Of a stretch of DNA of 64,000 bases, positions 50,201 through 62,748 are shown piece after piece. Within the stretch, counting starts at the first letter, position 1. Each line of letters begins with the position of its first letter. This DNA is from Macrostomum lignano (Eukaryota). Made by a program: the position numbers and the translations under genes. The stretch covers positions 467,630 to 531,629 of the forward strand of contig NIVC01000575.1 in assembly GCA_002269645.1 (NCBI GenBank). The letters run 5' to 3'. The notes below the pieces were generated by a model. That model was given only the letters and a program-made list of their open reading frames with translations, had not been told where the DNA came from and ran no database searches.

Positions 50201-53200
50201 ATCCATCGGTTGCGATACTCGCGCTGCGTCTCAAACCATTTGTTGCGGCCTGGAAATGAGAAATAGATAAACGGATTAAAGGACTTCCTAAATGGAAGTT
50301 AATGCCGATTCCTTGGCACTTATAGCGCAGCTCACCTGGCATCCGGTACTGCACATAGAACACCGAACCGGACACTCCAGCGGTGGACGGAGCGAAGGTG
50401 ACGTTGAACGCCTGCTGGCCGATGGCGCTAACAGAGAAGGTCGGCGGACTGGGCGCTTTGTTAGGCGGCGCGGTGCGCACGTCCAGAAAGTTGGGCTCGC
50501 CGTTGCCCTGAGGGAAGGAAGATTCCGGATCTTCTTAGCATAGCTCGTAGTATAAAACCGGAAGCAAGCAAAAAACTAGTCTAAGAAGAACCGGAAGTAA
50601 TCAAAACTTGTCGTAACAGGACCGGAACTAATAAAAACCGTCAAAACAAAGCCGGAAGTATTGAAAACCCGTCTAAACAGGACCGGAAGTAATAAAAACC
50701 CGTCTAAACAGGACCGGAAGTAATAAAAACCCGTCTAAACAGGACCGGAAGTAATAAAAACCCGTCTAAACAGGACCGGAAGTAATAAAAACCCGTCTAA
50801 ACAGGACCGGAAGTAATAAAAACTCGTCTAAACAGGACCGGAAGTGATAAAAACTAGTCTAAACAGTAGCGGGGAATAATAAAAACCAGTATAAACGAAA
50901 CCGGAAATCTTATCTGAACGGGACTTTTGGTCAAACAAGCAATCAGCAGTTCCAATCCATGGCAATGCTTACCACTGCAGTCCTGGCGTACAGGTACACC
51001 CGGTAGTTAGTGTCGGGCTTGAGGCCGGTGACGGCCCCGCGGGTCTGGGTTGGGTCAGTCAGCGGCGGCGCCAGGGTGAGGTAGCCCAGACTGAGCCCGT
51101 TGATCTCCTGGTAGGCCATCTGATAGCCGATGAGGCGCCCGTTAGGCTGCGGCGGCACCTGCCAGTCGAATTCCAGGTGGTTGACGCCCGTGACCGACAG
51201 GACGAAGTCTCCGACCTGCAATGCGCGACGAAAATGACGCCGTTTTTCAGTACCCCTCCCTGATTCTTCAGTGCCCTATGACCTGATTCTTCAGTGCCCT
51301 ATGACCCGATTCTTCAGTGCCCTATGACCCGATTCTTCAGTGCCCTATGACCCGATTCTTCAGTGCCCTATGACCCGATTCTTCAGTCCCTATGACCCGA
51401 TTCTTCAGTGCCCTATGACCCGATTCTTCAGTGCCCTATGACCTGATTCTTCAGTGCCCCCTCCCGATTCTTCAGTGCCCTATGACCCGATTCTTCAGTG
51501 CCCTATGACCCGATTCTTCAGTGCCCCCTCCCCGATTCTTCAGTGTCCTATGACCCGATTCTTCAGTGCCCCCTCCCCGATTCTTCAGTGCCCTATGACC
51601 CGATTCTTCAGTGCCCCCTCCCCGATTCTTCAGTGCCCTATGACCCGATTCTTCAGTCCCTATGACCTGATTCTTCAGTGCCCTATGACCCGATTCTTCA
51701 GTGCCCTATAATCCGATTCTTCAGTGCCCTATGACCCGATTCTTCAGTGCCCTATGACCCGATTCTTCAGTGCCCTATGACCCGATTCTTCAGTGCCCTA
51801 TGACCCGATTCTTCAGTGCCCTATGACCCGATTCTTCAGTGCCCTATGACCCGATTCTTCAGTGCCCTATGACCCGATGTTTCAGTGCCCTATGACCCGA
51901 TTCTTCAGTGCCCTATGACCCGATTCTTCAGTGCCCTATGACCCGATTCTTCAGTGCCCTATGACCCGATTCTTCAGTGCCCTATGACCCGATTCTTCAG
52001 TGCCCTATGACCCGATTCTTCAGTGCCCTATGACCCGATTCTTCAGTGCCCCCTCCCCGATTCTTCAGTGTCCTATGACCCGATTCTTCAGTGCCCTATG
52101 ACCCGATTCTTCAGTGCCCTATGACCCGATTCTTCAGTGCCCTATGACCCGATTCTTCTTTGCCCTATGACCTGATTCTTCAGTGCCCTATGACCTGATT
52201 CTTCAGTGCCCTATGACCCGATTCTTCAGTGCCCTATGACCCGATTCTTCAGTGCCCTATGACCCGATTCTTCTTTGCCCTATGACCTGATTCTTCAGTG
52301 CCCTATGACCTGATTCTTCAGTGCCCTATGACCCGATTCTTCAGTGCCCTATGACCCGATTCTTCAGTGCCCTATGACCCGATTCTTCAGTGCCCTATGA
52401 CCCGATTCTTCAGTGCCCTCTTCCCGATTCTTCAGTGCCGCCACTCACCTGTCCCGGGGTGCCCTCCTTAGTAGTGAACTCAACCGTGGCGCTGGGCGGG
52501 CCGGCGTAGTACTTGTTGAGCACCCTGACCCAGGCCCGGATGGTGGTGGAGCCGGGCAGATGAGTCAGCTTGCCATTATAAGTGAAGGCGGCCACCGCCT
52601 GCCGCTTGGTTCTCGTATTCAACGTGCCAACCATAGACGGGCCATCAATAGCTCGGAATATGAAATCTTGGAAGCGCTTCTTGACCAGACAATCAGCGGC
52701 CGTCAAATTGCTCAGACACCATTCGACTCGGAAGCCGCGAAAGTAGCCACGAATTCTGTCGACATCTTTCTCTGGATCGCTTTGCATCGACCAGCTGAGT
52801 AAGACGCTGTCCGACTGTAGCGGATCCGAGCCCGAGCCGCTGTCCAGAGCAAAATTATCGGGCGATACGGTCGGTGCCTCCTCGCCAGAGTAGCCAACCG
52901 ACTCCGGCCTTGTTGCGCTGCTGTCGCCCTCAGAATTCCTGGCATAGATACTCAGTCTGTACTTTTTGAATACTTCGATATTGTAGCGAGTGTTGCCGAC
53001 GTACAGATCGTTGAATTCCACTTTCTCTTGTCGAGGATTCACTATTTGGGTCTCGTTCCTGCTGCCTTTGGGCATTGTGACGCAGTTCATGCATTCCACA
53101 ATTAGCACGTAGCTCACTTTCTCGCCGTTATAGTCCAGCGGCGAGAGCGGGGTCCAGTAGACCACCAGATTCTGGGGCCGGTTGCCTTCCGCCCACAGAT

Positions 53201-54432
53201 TTGTTGGGTTCACCGAAGGAATTTTCGGCTGCAGCCGACACGAGGGTGACGTCACCGATCTGCGGTGCGGGGAAGAAGGGTTGGAGGAAGGTGTCAGGTG
53301 GGGAGAGTGTCAGGTGGGGAAGGTGTCAGGAGGGAAAGGTGTCAGGTGGGGAGGGTGTCAGGTGGGGAAGGTGTCAGGTGGGGAGGGTGTCAGGTGGGGA
53401 GGGTGTCAGATGGGGAGGGTGTCAGATGGGGAGGGTGTGAGGTGGGGAGGGTGTAAGTGTGGGGAAGGTGTCAGGTGGGGAGGGTGTGAGGTGGGGAGGG
53501 TGTCAGATGGGGAGGGTGTCAGGTGGGGAAGGTGTCAGGAGGGGAGGGTGTCAGATGGGGAAGGTGTCAGATGGGGAAGGTGTCAGATGGGGAAGGTGTC
53601 AGGTGGGGAAAGTGTCAGGTAGGCAAGTGTCAAATAGGGAAGGTGTCAGTGTATGGAGATAGACAATAAACTCAGTATCAAACGCAGTCCAACACGCACC
53701 TAGATGGCTCGCTCTCGCCGACCACATTGATGCCCTTGACGCGGAAGCTGTACTGAATATTGGGGTGCATTTTCACTTGCACCTGAGTGTCGGTAGGCTC
53801 TGTGGAGCCAAACTGCGGCGCAACGTACCAAGTATCGCTGGCGTACTGAGTGGAGAATTCCACAACATATCGCAGTACAGGCGCATAATTATCCGTGCCG
53901 GGATTCCACTTCACCTGGGCGATGTCATCGGACTTGAACTTGTCGCAGTCAACTTCCAAATTGGTTGGCATCTCCGGCCGGCCCATGATCATCAGCATGG
54001 CGCTCTTGGAGTCGTAGTCCAGACCGTTCGTGGCGTTGCAAGTGTAGATGCCAGTGTCCAGCGGCTTGGCCCCGCTCACTATCAGCGAGTAGTCCGGCAA
54101 GTTGATGGTCAGGCGGGGATTCTGATCGAAGTCGATAATGGTGCCGTCTTTGGACCATTGGATGATGAGGTTTTTCTCCTCTTTCAGATCCGTGATGGCC
54201 GTGCAGATGAGCTTCACCTCCTGGCCTTCGTAGACGCGGGTGTCCTGCGGCGCCATGGAGATTTCTGTCGGCTGGCGGACCGTCACTGTGCCGCTGGCGG
54301 TGCGGGAGCCTGCGGGGTGGCGGGGCTGCTGCGGACTGACTGGCGGACAGACAGGCAGACAGACAGACAGACAGACAGACAGAAAGACAGGCAGACAGAC
54401 AGGCAGACAGACAGGCAGACAGACAGACAGAA

Positions 54433-54505
<73 letters not shown>

Positions 54506-57500
54506 GGCAGACAGACAGACAGAAAGACAGACGGAAAGACAGACACTAAGACAGACAGACAGACAGACAGACAGGCAGACAGGCAGACAGACAGACAGGC
54601 AGACAGACAGGCAGGCAGGCGGACAGGCAGTCAGGCAGACAGACAGGCAGACAGGCAGTCAGGCACAAGCACTATAACTAACCAAAGTCATTAGTGGCGG
54701 TGCACTCGTAGGTGCCCGAGTCTGTGATTGACAGCTCGGCAATAAGCAGGTCGCCATTATCCTGCAGCTGATATCTGCCGCCAGTGATCGGTTCGCCATT
54801 CTTTTTCCAAGCTACAACGGCGCGAGGCGCGCTGAACGTCTGGCAGGGCATGATGAAGCGGCTCCTGGCGGCGGCCTTGGTGTCGGCGGGGGCCAGGACA
54901 AAGGTTGGCGGCTCGCGCAGCACATTCAGATAGGCATTGGTGTAGATGTAGCCGTACTTATTAGTGCAGTTGCACTGCACCACCAATGGATCTTTAAGGG
55001 TGAGATTTTTGAAATGGAACTCCTTGCCAACGGGGGCGCTGCGGTTGTCGTACTGGTTGGCAGGGACGCCGTTGATGAACCACTTGGGGTCGCCGTCGGC
55101 GCTGCCGGCTTCGCAGCGGAAGGTGTGACTGCCGCCCTCTGGCACGGAGATGTCGGTTGGCTTCTCGATCCAGTAGGGCTCGCTGAATACATTTACAACG
55201 AAGGTGCCGGACGGCGGACTGCCACCAATCTGGGCGTTGGTGCCCGTGCACTGGTAGTTGCCTGGGGGCGGGGGGGGGGGTAAATTCAAGTCTAACTTGC
55301 ATGCCACTCGTGACTACTGAGAGTAATATGATGGCTTAGTGGGCTCGGACTGAGAATGGCCCAGCAACTGAGGATCTGGGAGGCTGGCCCAGCAACTGAG
55401 GATCTGGGAGGCTGGCCCAGCAACTGAGGATCTGGGAGGCTGGCCCAGCAACTGAGGATCTGAGGTGGCCCAGCAACTGAGGACCTGGGAGGCTGGCCCA
55501 GCAACTGAGGATCTGGGAGGCTGGCTCGGCAACTGAGGATCTGAGAGGCTGGCCCAGCAACTGAGGACCTGAGGTGGCCCAGCAAATGAGGATCTGGGAG
55601 GCTGGCTCGGCAACTGAGGATCTGAGAGGCTGGCCCAGCAACTGAGGATCTGGAAGGCTGGCCCAGCAAATGAGGATCTGGGAGGCTGGCTCGGCAACTG
55701 AGGATCTGAGAGGCTGACCCAGCAACTGAGGATCTGAGAGGTTGGCCCAGCAACTGAGGACCTGAGGTGGCCCAGCAACTGAGGATCTGGGAAGCAGCAA
55801 CTGAGGATCTGGGAGGCTGGCCAACAACTGAGGATCTGGGAGGCTGGTCCAGCAACTGAGGACCTGGGAGGCTGGCCCAGCAACTGAGGACCTGGGAGGC
55901 TGGCCCACAACTGAGGATCTGAGAGGCTGGCCCAGCAACTGAGGACCTGAGGTGGCCCAGCAACTGAGGATCTGGGAAGCAGCAACTGAGGATCTGGGAG
56001 GCTGGTCCAGCAACTGAGGATCTGGGAGGCTGGTCCAGCAACAGAGGATATGGGAGGCTGGCATGGGACTTGGGGAGATCAGCAGACGTGCAGTCCAGAC
56101 TGACCAGTATGAATATCCTTGTCAATATCGATGAGCTGCAGGCGGGCACCGGAGTCTAGCAGCTGCATCCGGGCCCACTCCTCGCTAGTGGTGATCTTGG
56201 CCGAGTCCTTCTTCCACTCGATCATAGGAGTCGGGTAGCCGGAGAAGAAGCAGAACAAATCCAGAGTTTTATTAACCAGGGCGCTCTGCACGCTGGGCTT
56301 CTGCGCCATGAGCTGAGCAGCCGGGTACAGGACATTGGTGCGCACGGTCAGCTTGTAGTTGCGACCCTCAGCTGTTCGACGGACAATGTCATTCCTGACG
56401 CCGCATTTGTAGGTCGCCGTATCAGACTCTTGAACGTTGGCGAACATAAGCGCGCCAGTGACTGGGTGAATGTTGATCCGATTGGACATTGTCAGAGTCT
56501 GCGTGCCAGCGCCGGTAACTCTGTACCAAACTATGGTGGCCTCCGGGTAAGAGGTTGGCGCGTTGCACGGGAATGTCACCTTGTCGCCTGAGGAGCGCTC
56601 CACGTTGACGTCGGGCTCTTTAGCAAAGTTGTACAGCTCGGCGCGGCGGAGCACCTGGGGGTGGGAGCGGATCGGGAGGTTAGGAGACCTGAGTTGGCTT
56701 AATAAATAGAAACACTGGCGTGATGGCTTAAGAGAATGGTTGTCAAATCTGGGGATCAGAGAGGTTTATAATCCAGGCTGAGGATCTGGGAGATTGTTGG
56801 GATAACCTGAGGATCTGGGAGATTGTTGGGATAACCTGAGAATCTGGGAGGTTGTTGGGATAACCTGGGGATCTGGGAGATTGTTGGGATAACCTGGGGA
56901 TCTGGGAGATTGTTGGGATAACCTGAGAATCTGGGAGGTTGTTGGGATAACCTGAGGATCTAGGAGATTGTTGGAATAACCTGAGGATCTGGGAGGTTGT
57001 TGGGATAACCTGAGGATCTAGGAGATTGTTGGGATAACCTGAGGATCTGGGAGGTTGTTGGGATAACCTGAGGATCTGGGAGATTGTTGGGATAACCTGA
57101 GGATCTGGGAGATTGTTGGGATAACCTAAGGATCTGGGAGATTGTTGGGATAACCTGAGGATCTGGGAGATTGTTGGGATAACCTAAGGATCTGGGAGAT
57201 TGTTGGGATAACCTGAGGATCTGGGAGATTGTTGGGATAACCTAAGGATCTGGGAGATTGTTGGGATAACCTGAGGATCTGGGAGATTGTTGGGATAACC
57301 TGAGGATCTGGGAGATTGTTGGGATAACCTAAGGATCTGGGAGATTGTTGGGATAACCTGAGGATCTGGGAGATTGTTGGGATAACCTGAGGATCTGGGA
57401 GATTGTTGGGATAACCTAAGGATCTGGGAGATTGTTGGGATAACCTGAGGATCTGGGAGATTGTTGGGATAACCTGTGGCCACCTAGAGCAGGTCTCAGT

Positions 57501-59408
57501 GCCGCTCACCGTCTTGACGGAAGCAGCCACGCCGAGATCATTCTTGGCCAAGCACTGGTAGATGCCATCATCGTCTTCGCCGGGCGAAATGAACACCAGA
57601 GTGCCGGCGCCAGGGTACTTCTTGTAGCGACCGGAATTCTTTGTCCAATCAAACTCCTGCTCGTTTCGCTTCCAGATGAAGGTTGGAGCCGGGTCGCCCG
57701 AGGCTTCGCACTCAAGCTTGATGGACTCGCCAATGTTGAACGCCACCTCCTTTGGCGGCATTTTTGTTAGCGTAGGCGGGAAAGAAACTGCAAGGCGAAG
57801 ATGCGATGGGTCAGGCTGTGTCTAGTGTGGGTCAGGCTGTTTAGTGTGGGTCAGGCTGTCTAGTGTGGGTCAGGCTGTGTCTAGTGTGGGTCAGAATGTC
57901 TAGTGTGGGTCAGGCTATGTCTAGTATGGGTAAGGATGTGTCTAGTGTTCGTCAGGATGGGTCTAGTGTGGGTCAGGCTGTGTCTGGTGTGGGTCAGGCT
58001 GTTTAGTGTGGGTCAGGCTGTGTCTAGTGTGGGTCAGGCTGTGTCTAGTGTGGTTCAGGCTGTTTAGTGTGGGTCAGGCTGTCTAGTGTGGGTCAGACTG
58101 TGTCTAGTGCGGATCAGGCTGTGTCTATTGTGGGTCAGGCTGTGTCTAGCGTGGGTCAGGCTGTGTCTAGCGTGGGTCAGGCTGTGTCTAGCGTGGGTCA
58201 GGCTGTGTCTAGTGTGGGTCAGGCTGTGTCTAGCGTGGGTCAGGCTGTGTCTAGTGTGGGTCAGGCTGTTTAGTGTGGGTCAGGCTGTCTAGTATGGGTA
58301 AGGATGTGTCTAGTGTTGGTCAGGCTGTGTCTAGCGTGGGTCAGGATGTGTCTGGTGTGGGTCAGGCTGTTTAGTGTGGGTCAGGCTGTCTAGTATGGGT
58401 AAGGATGTGTCTAGTGTTGGTCAGGCTGTGTCTAGCGTGGGTCAGGATGTGTCTGGTGTGGGTCAGGCTGTTTAGTGTGGGTCAGACTGTCTAGTATGAG
58501 TGAGGATGTGTCTAGTGTGGGTCAGGATGGGTCTAGCGTGGGTCAGGCTGTGTCTAGTGTGGGTCAGAATGTGTCTAGTGTGGGTCAGGCTGTGTCTAGT
58601 GTGGGTCAGACTGTCTAGCGTGGGTCAGGCTGTGTCTAGTGTGGGTCAGGCTGTGTCTAGCGTGGGTCAGGCTGTGTCTGGTGTGGGTCAGGCTGTTTAG
58701 TGTGGGTCAGGCTGTGTCTAGCGTGGGTCAGGCTGTGTCTAGTGTGGGTCAGACTGTCTAGCGTGGGTCAGGCTGTGTCTAGTGTGGGTCAGGATGTGTC
58801 TGGTGTGGGTCAGGCTGTTTAGTGTGGGTCAGGCTGTCTAGCGTGGGTCAGGTTGTGTCTAGTGTGGGTCAGGCTGTGTCTAGCGTGGGTCAGGCTGTGT
58901 CTAGCGTGGGTCAGGCTGTGTCTAGTGTGGGTCAGGCTGTGCTAGCGTGGGTCAGGCTGTGTCTAGTGTGGGTCAGGCTGTTTAGTGTGGGTCAGGCTGT
59001 CTAGTATGGGTAAGGATGTGTCTAGTGTTGGTCAGGCTGTGTCTAGCGTGGGTCAGGATGTGTCTGGTGTGGGTCAGGCTGTTTAGTGTGGGTCAGACTG
59101 TCTAGTATGAGTGAGGATGTGTCTAGTGTGGGTCAGGATGGGTCTAGCGTGGGTCAGAATGTGTCTAGTGTGGTCAGGCTGTGTTTAGTGTGGGTCAGGC
59201 TGTCTAGTTTGGGTCAGAATGTGCCCACTGTGGGTCAGGCTGTGTGTGTGGTGTCCAGGATTAGAATCAGGTCAAGTTTTTTCTCCAGATCTACATCACT
59301 GTGCAATAGATTAGAACATTGGCACTCACCCGTGTTGGCATACTGCAGCAGAGCAGCCAACTGCAGTGTCACGAGCACTAGCCGCATGCCGAGGCTCAGG
59401 GGCAGCAT
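47264..59408 (-). CDS. Nrg: L1-family cell adhesion molecule (neuroglian-like): signal peptide, 6 Ig, 5 FN3, TM, cytoplasmic tail; 12 exons, about 1420 aa
   Basis: Exons complement(59330..59408, 57510..57787, 56105..56654, 54683..55261, 53700..54309, 52449..53259, 50973..51215, 50336..50507, 49968..50249, 49275..49445, 48750..48989, 47264..47511), total 4263 nt, all phases match. Ig motifs DDDGIYQCLAKNDLG, DSGTYECTATNDFG and DTGIYTCNATNG; furin-like RTKR in the third FN3; TM WFICMVLILLALIALIIFLFFV followed by RKRR. Confidence 0.93.
47610..48665. repeat. About 21-bp A-rich minisatellite, neuroglian intron 11
   Basis: Unit AAAGGATAAAAATCTCAAGCT with variants. Confidence 0.9.
49025..49270. repeat. 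24-bp minisatellite, neuroglian intron 10
   Basis: Unit GAATGTCGCTGAGATGTGTGGGTA. Confidence 0.95.
49545..49960. repeat. About 23-bp AATCCC-type minisatellite, neuroglian intron 9
   Basis: Unit AATCCCGAATCCCATCATTAGAG. Confidence 0.9.
50555..50880. repeat. 31-bp minisatellite, neuroglian intron 7
   Basis: Unit CGTCTAAACAGGACCGGAAGTAATAAAAACC. Confidence 0.9.
51260..52440. repeat. 23-bp minisatellite, neuroglian intron 6
   Basis: Unit CCGATTCTTCAGTGCCCTATGAC. Confidence 0.95.
53290..53650. repeat. 16-bp G-rich minisatellite, neuroglian intron 5
   Basis: Unit GTGTCAGGTGGGGAGG. Confidence 0.9.
54345..54665. repeat. (CAGA)n microsatellite, neuroglian intron 4
   Basis: GACA/GGCA tetranucleotide run filling the intron. 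Confidence 0.95.
55345..56065. repeat. 28-bp minisatellite, neuroglian intron 3
   Basis: Unit GAGGATCTGGGAGGCTGGCCCAGCAACT. Confidence 0.95.
56775..57478. repeat. 29-bp minisatellite, neuroglian intron 2
   Basis: Unit GAGGATCTGGGAGATTGTTGGGATAACCT. Confidence 0.95.
57805..59250. repeat. 19-21-bp minisatellite, neuroglian intron 1
   Basis: Unit GTGTGGGTCAGGCTGTGTCTA. Confidence 0.95.
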
Positions 59409-59470
59409 GAAATCCCAATACGAAAATTAAAAGCTATAATATACATTGGATAATGCAATTGACCGGCTGA

Positions 59471-59473
<3 letters not shown>

Positions 59474-59513
<40 letters not shown>

Positions 59514-59540
59514 CCTTATCTATCTACCTATCTATCTATC
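59474..59540. repeat. (CTAT)n microsatellite
   Basis: Direct tetranucleotide run. Confidence 0.9.
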
Positions 59541-60091
59541 TTTGTCATTGACAAAATCATTGAAATGTTGAAAAATAGGCAGCCAGAAGATAATTTTAAA
59601 ACTTGCTTGAAACTTTATTAACTTCATAGTTAAAAGTGAAAACACAATTACTGGCAGTTACTGTATAAAACACGGACCAAATGTGATAGTTACTGAAAAA
59701 AAGCAATATATATTTGCTGCAGACTAAAAATGCTACTAAAAGTAGACCGTTTAAAAATGCTAATTTAATTTTATTGCAAGCTTTGACAGATTGAATAAAA
59801 CGATTTATAATAATTACTTGGAAGAAAATAAAAATACATAGAGTTAAACAAATGCCACAGTCAGGTAAGAGCAGAATTGACTTCGGCGGCAGAGCATCTT
59901 CGCGACTGGCCTCGCGAACTTCATTATGCTAAAATAAATAAACAATGCAAATTTTTAATTACAGTATACAGTAGTATGCATTTTCGGATTTTTATGCTTT
60001 TGACATTCTTCTTAATCCGGAAATAATTAAGCAAATAATAAGAAAAAAATGAAGTCCTTACGAGTTGTATTAGTCGAGTCTTTGAGCAGTT

Positions 60092-62748
60092 TCACGAGCT
60101 TTGGCTCCACTGTGGCCGGTTCGCATCCGAGATTTTAACGCATTTTTTATCATTCAAGTTGTCTGAGCTGTCACGTGACGTAGTCACTCCGGCAGCGGCC
60201 AGCCCGGCTTCTTGGGTGAGCACAGCCAGACTGTGCTTCAGATTGAAGTGCTCCAGCAGCTCAACAATCAGAGTGAAGGCCTGACGGCCTGTGTGTGAGT
60301 TGAGTTTAGTGAATGAGGCCATTTTATCACTCAACTAAAACATTTTTTAAGAAATTAAAGTAAACGACAACTAGATTCTAGTCATCCTTAGAGTGGAAAC
60401 TATGGGATCCCATCCTTAGAGTGGAAGCAATGGGATCCCATCCTTAGAGTGGAAGCTATGAGATCCCATCCTTAGAGTGGAAGCAATGGGATCCCACCCT
60501 TAGAGTGGAAGCTATGAGATCCCATCCTTAGAGTGGAAGCTTTGAGATCCCATCCTTAGAGTGGAAGCAATGGATCCCATCCTAAGAGTAAAGCAATGGT
60601 CCCATCCTTAGAGTGGAAGCAATGGGATCCCATCCTTAGAGTGGAAGCTATGAGATCCCATCCTTAAAGTGAAAGCAATGAGATCCCATCCTTAGTATGG
60701 AAGCAATGGGATCCCATCCTAAGAGTAAAGCAATGGGGTCCCATCCTTGTAGTTGAAGCAATGAGACCCCATCACTAGAGTGAAATGAAAAATACAAGAA
60801 CTAACTACCATGAGCATATTGTAATCTAAAAGACACAATTTGAAATTCCATGACATTAAAAGTACAAATATATGTATTTTTGTATTTTGTATTTTTCACT
60901 CTTACCATTTGATGACTCAAGAAATGAGGTTAATTTGTTGTTCTTTGTCTTCAGATAGCTAGTAAGCTTTTCTTCATCATCAAGAGCCAGAAATATGCTT
61001 GCCCTTAGTTGAGCCTAGAGTTGTATAAGGAGTTGGTATTTAATGTTATAATTAAAAAAAATAAATAATAAGATATTATAAACAAAAATTTAAACTTTAA
61101 AAAAATAAGATATAGTAATATACTTAAGTTTTTTAATTTATCATCTTTTGCTATAGCCTATAGCAAAAAAGAAACTGTAAGAAAAAATAAAATTTGCTAG
61201 GCTCTTCATAGATGCCATATTTTTGTAGTTCTATTAAACTTAATTAAAAAGGTCCTTTGCTATAGAATCCTCCAAAATGACCTAAGAATAAGTTGTAATT
61301 TTTTTCCTATAGTCTTTAATAGCCTATATACTATCTTCAATTCAATATGGCTAGTATAAAAATTAGTTTATATCAATTTTATATATATGCTTGTACCAAT
61401 GAATTTGCCACACATTTATACTCGTATAATGCTAAGAATTTTTTTAAAGTAATGCCTTATCAATTTTTTAAAAGCATAAATTATTATCCTTATTTTAAGC
61501 TTTTCTTAAATGTATGATTGGCTCTTCAATAACTAGATAAATTTATAGATAATGATATATTTTTGCTATGGGCATAGAATTTCCACTAAAATTTATAACA
61601 CAAAAAGTATATACCGTACTAATTTCTTTTCAAATGCCTAGGCCCTATCTAAAAAAACTTTTTGGGCCTATAATAAAGACTGGTCATAGAATATATAGCA
61701 TATGTGTTTGATGTTTTTAAACTAAACAGTTTAAACTAAATCATCTTTTCTTTTCTTTATTTATATATATTACTTATTCATTACTTTATTCATATATATA
61801 TATTACTATCATTACTATCATTAAAACCATTATATTCAGTGGCGACGCAGGGGCTAGCAAGGGAGTTATAACCCCCAGGTGACTATTAGTCACCCCTTTA
61901 TAGGGAGTGACCACCTCTTTAACAAAAAATTCTAAAAGTATGTGCAAGACCATGAGAAAAATTTCTTTCTTGTAGGGGTAGGGCAAGGAGGAGTGACCAC
62001 CCAACCACTGCCCCCCCACTGGAGGTGCTATGCCGCCAGATATATAAATATATAACTTATTCTTAGATCTATAGCAAAAAATTTTAAGATAACATTACAA
62101 AAATATAATTCTAAATTAAAGAGTATACATACACAACACATGTCAGTAAATATTTGTTTGAGTATACCAGTAAAAGCATTGAATTCTTAAAAATAAAACA
62201 ATGAATGTATGCAATTATAGGCCCTAATCTAAATAAGTCTTTTTGATCAAGAATAAAACAAATATAGTAGGCCTTTTATTACAGTTATTAGAGCTGCTAT
62301 CGACGGAAAAATGTAGATGAATAGAACTGCAAATATTCTGCTGAGCCAATCTATCACAGTGATGCAGCAAGAGGGGGCAGGAGGACCTGGGCCCCCAAAA
62401 TTAACTCTCCACAAAAATTCTGGACAAATAATTACGCATCCCCTGAAATTCCAGAGAAAAATCCCTCCTCCCTACACCCCTCCTCCGGGTTCGGAATGCC
62501 CCCCCCTGAAATAAATCCTGGCTGCGACACTGATCTATCAGTATCATTGTATCAGTGTTAATATACCGAATATAGTCATTGCACTTATAATGATTGCGAC
62601 AAACTGTTAAAGATTGCTAAAAATTTAAGACCAAAAATCGAGCAAAGAATAAACTTTTTCTTACTCGAATATCGCCCAAAACACCTTTGTTTTCAAGCGT
62701 TTGAGAAACTAAGTCTCGAAGCTCATGGTCTTCTCTATCGAGTTCCAT
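60092..62748 (-). CDS. CEP43: FOP/CEP43 (FGFR1OP)-like centrosomal LisH protein, apparently short or truncated (about 129 aa as assembled)
   Basis: Exons complement(62665..62748, 60906..61014, 60092..60288). MELDREDHELRDLVSQTLENKGVLGDIR|AQLRASIFLALDDEEK...FLESSNG|RQAFTLIVELLEHFNLKHSLAVLTQE matches the FOP N-terminal TON1/LisH region. TGA at 60092-60094. Confidence 0.8.
60380..60785. repeat. 28-bp minisatellite, CEP43-like intron 2
   Basis: Unit CATCCTTAGAGTGGAAGCAATGGGATCC. Confidence 0.9.
61837..62039. mobile_element. Possible degenerate CAGTGGCG-type MITE
   Basis: GC-rich island in AT-rich intron starting CAGTGGCGACGCAG and ending GCTATGCCGCCAG. Imperfect TIR, no clean TSD. Confidence 0.35.
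62357..62532. mobile_element. hAT-type MITE (176 bp) in CEP43-like intron 1
   Basis: TIR CAGTGATGCAGC / GCTGCGACACTG (10/12 match). Perfect 8-bp TSD ATCTATCA at 62349-62356 and 62533-62540. Confidence 0.8.

Noticed and set aside
60289-60334. Apparent N-terminal extension SDKMASFTKLNSHT of the LisH exon
   Set aside because: The phase-1 acceptor at 60288 joins exon 2 exactly at the conserved G|R position of FOP.
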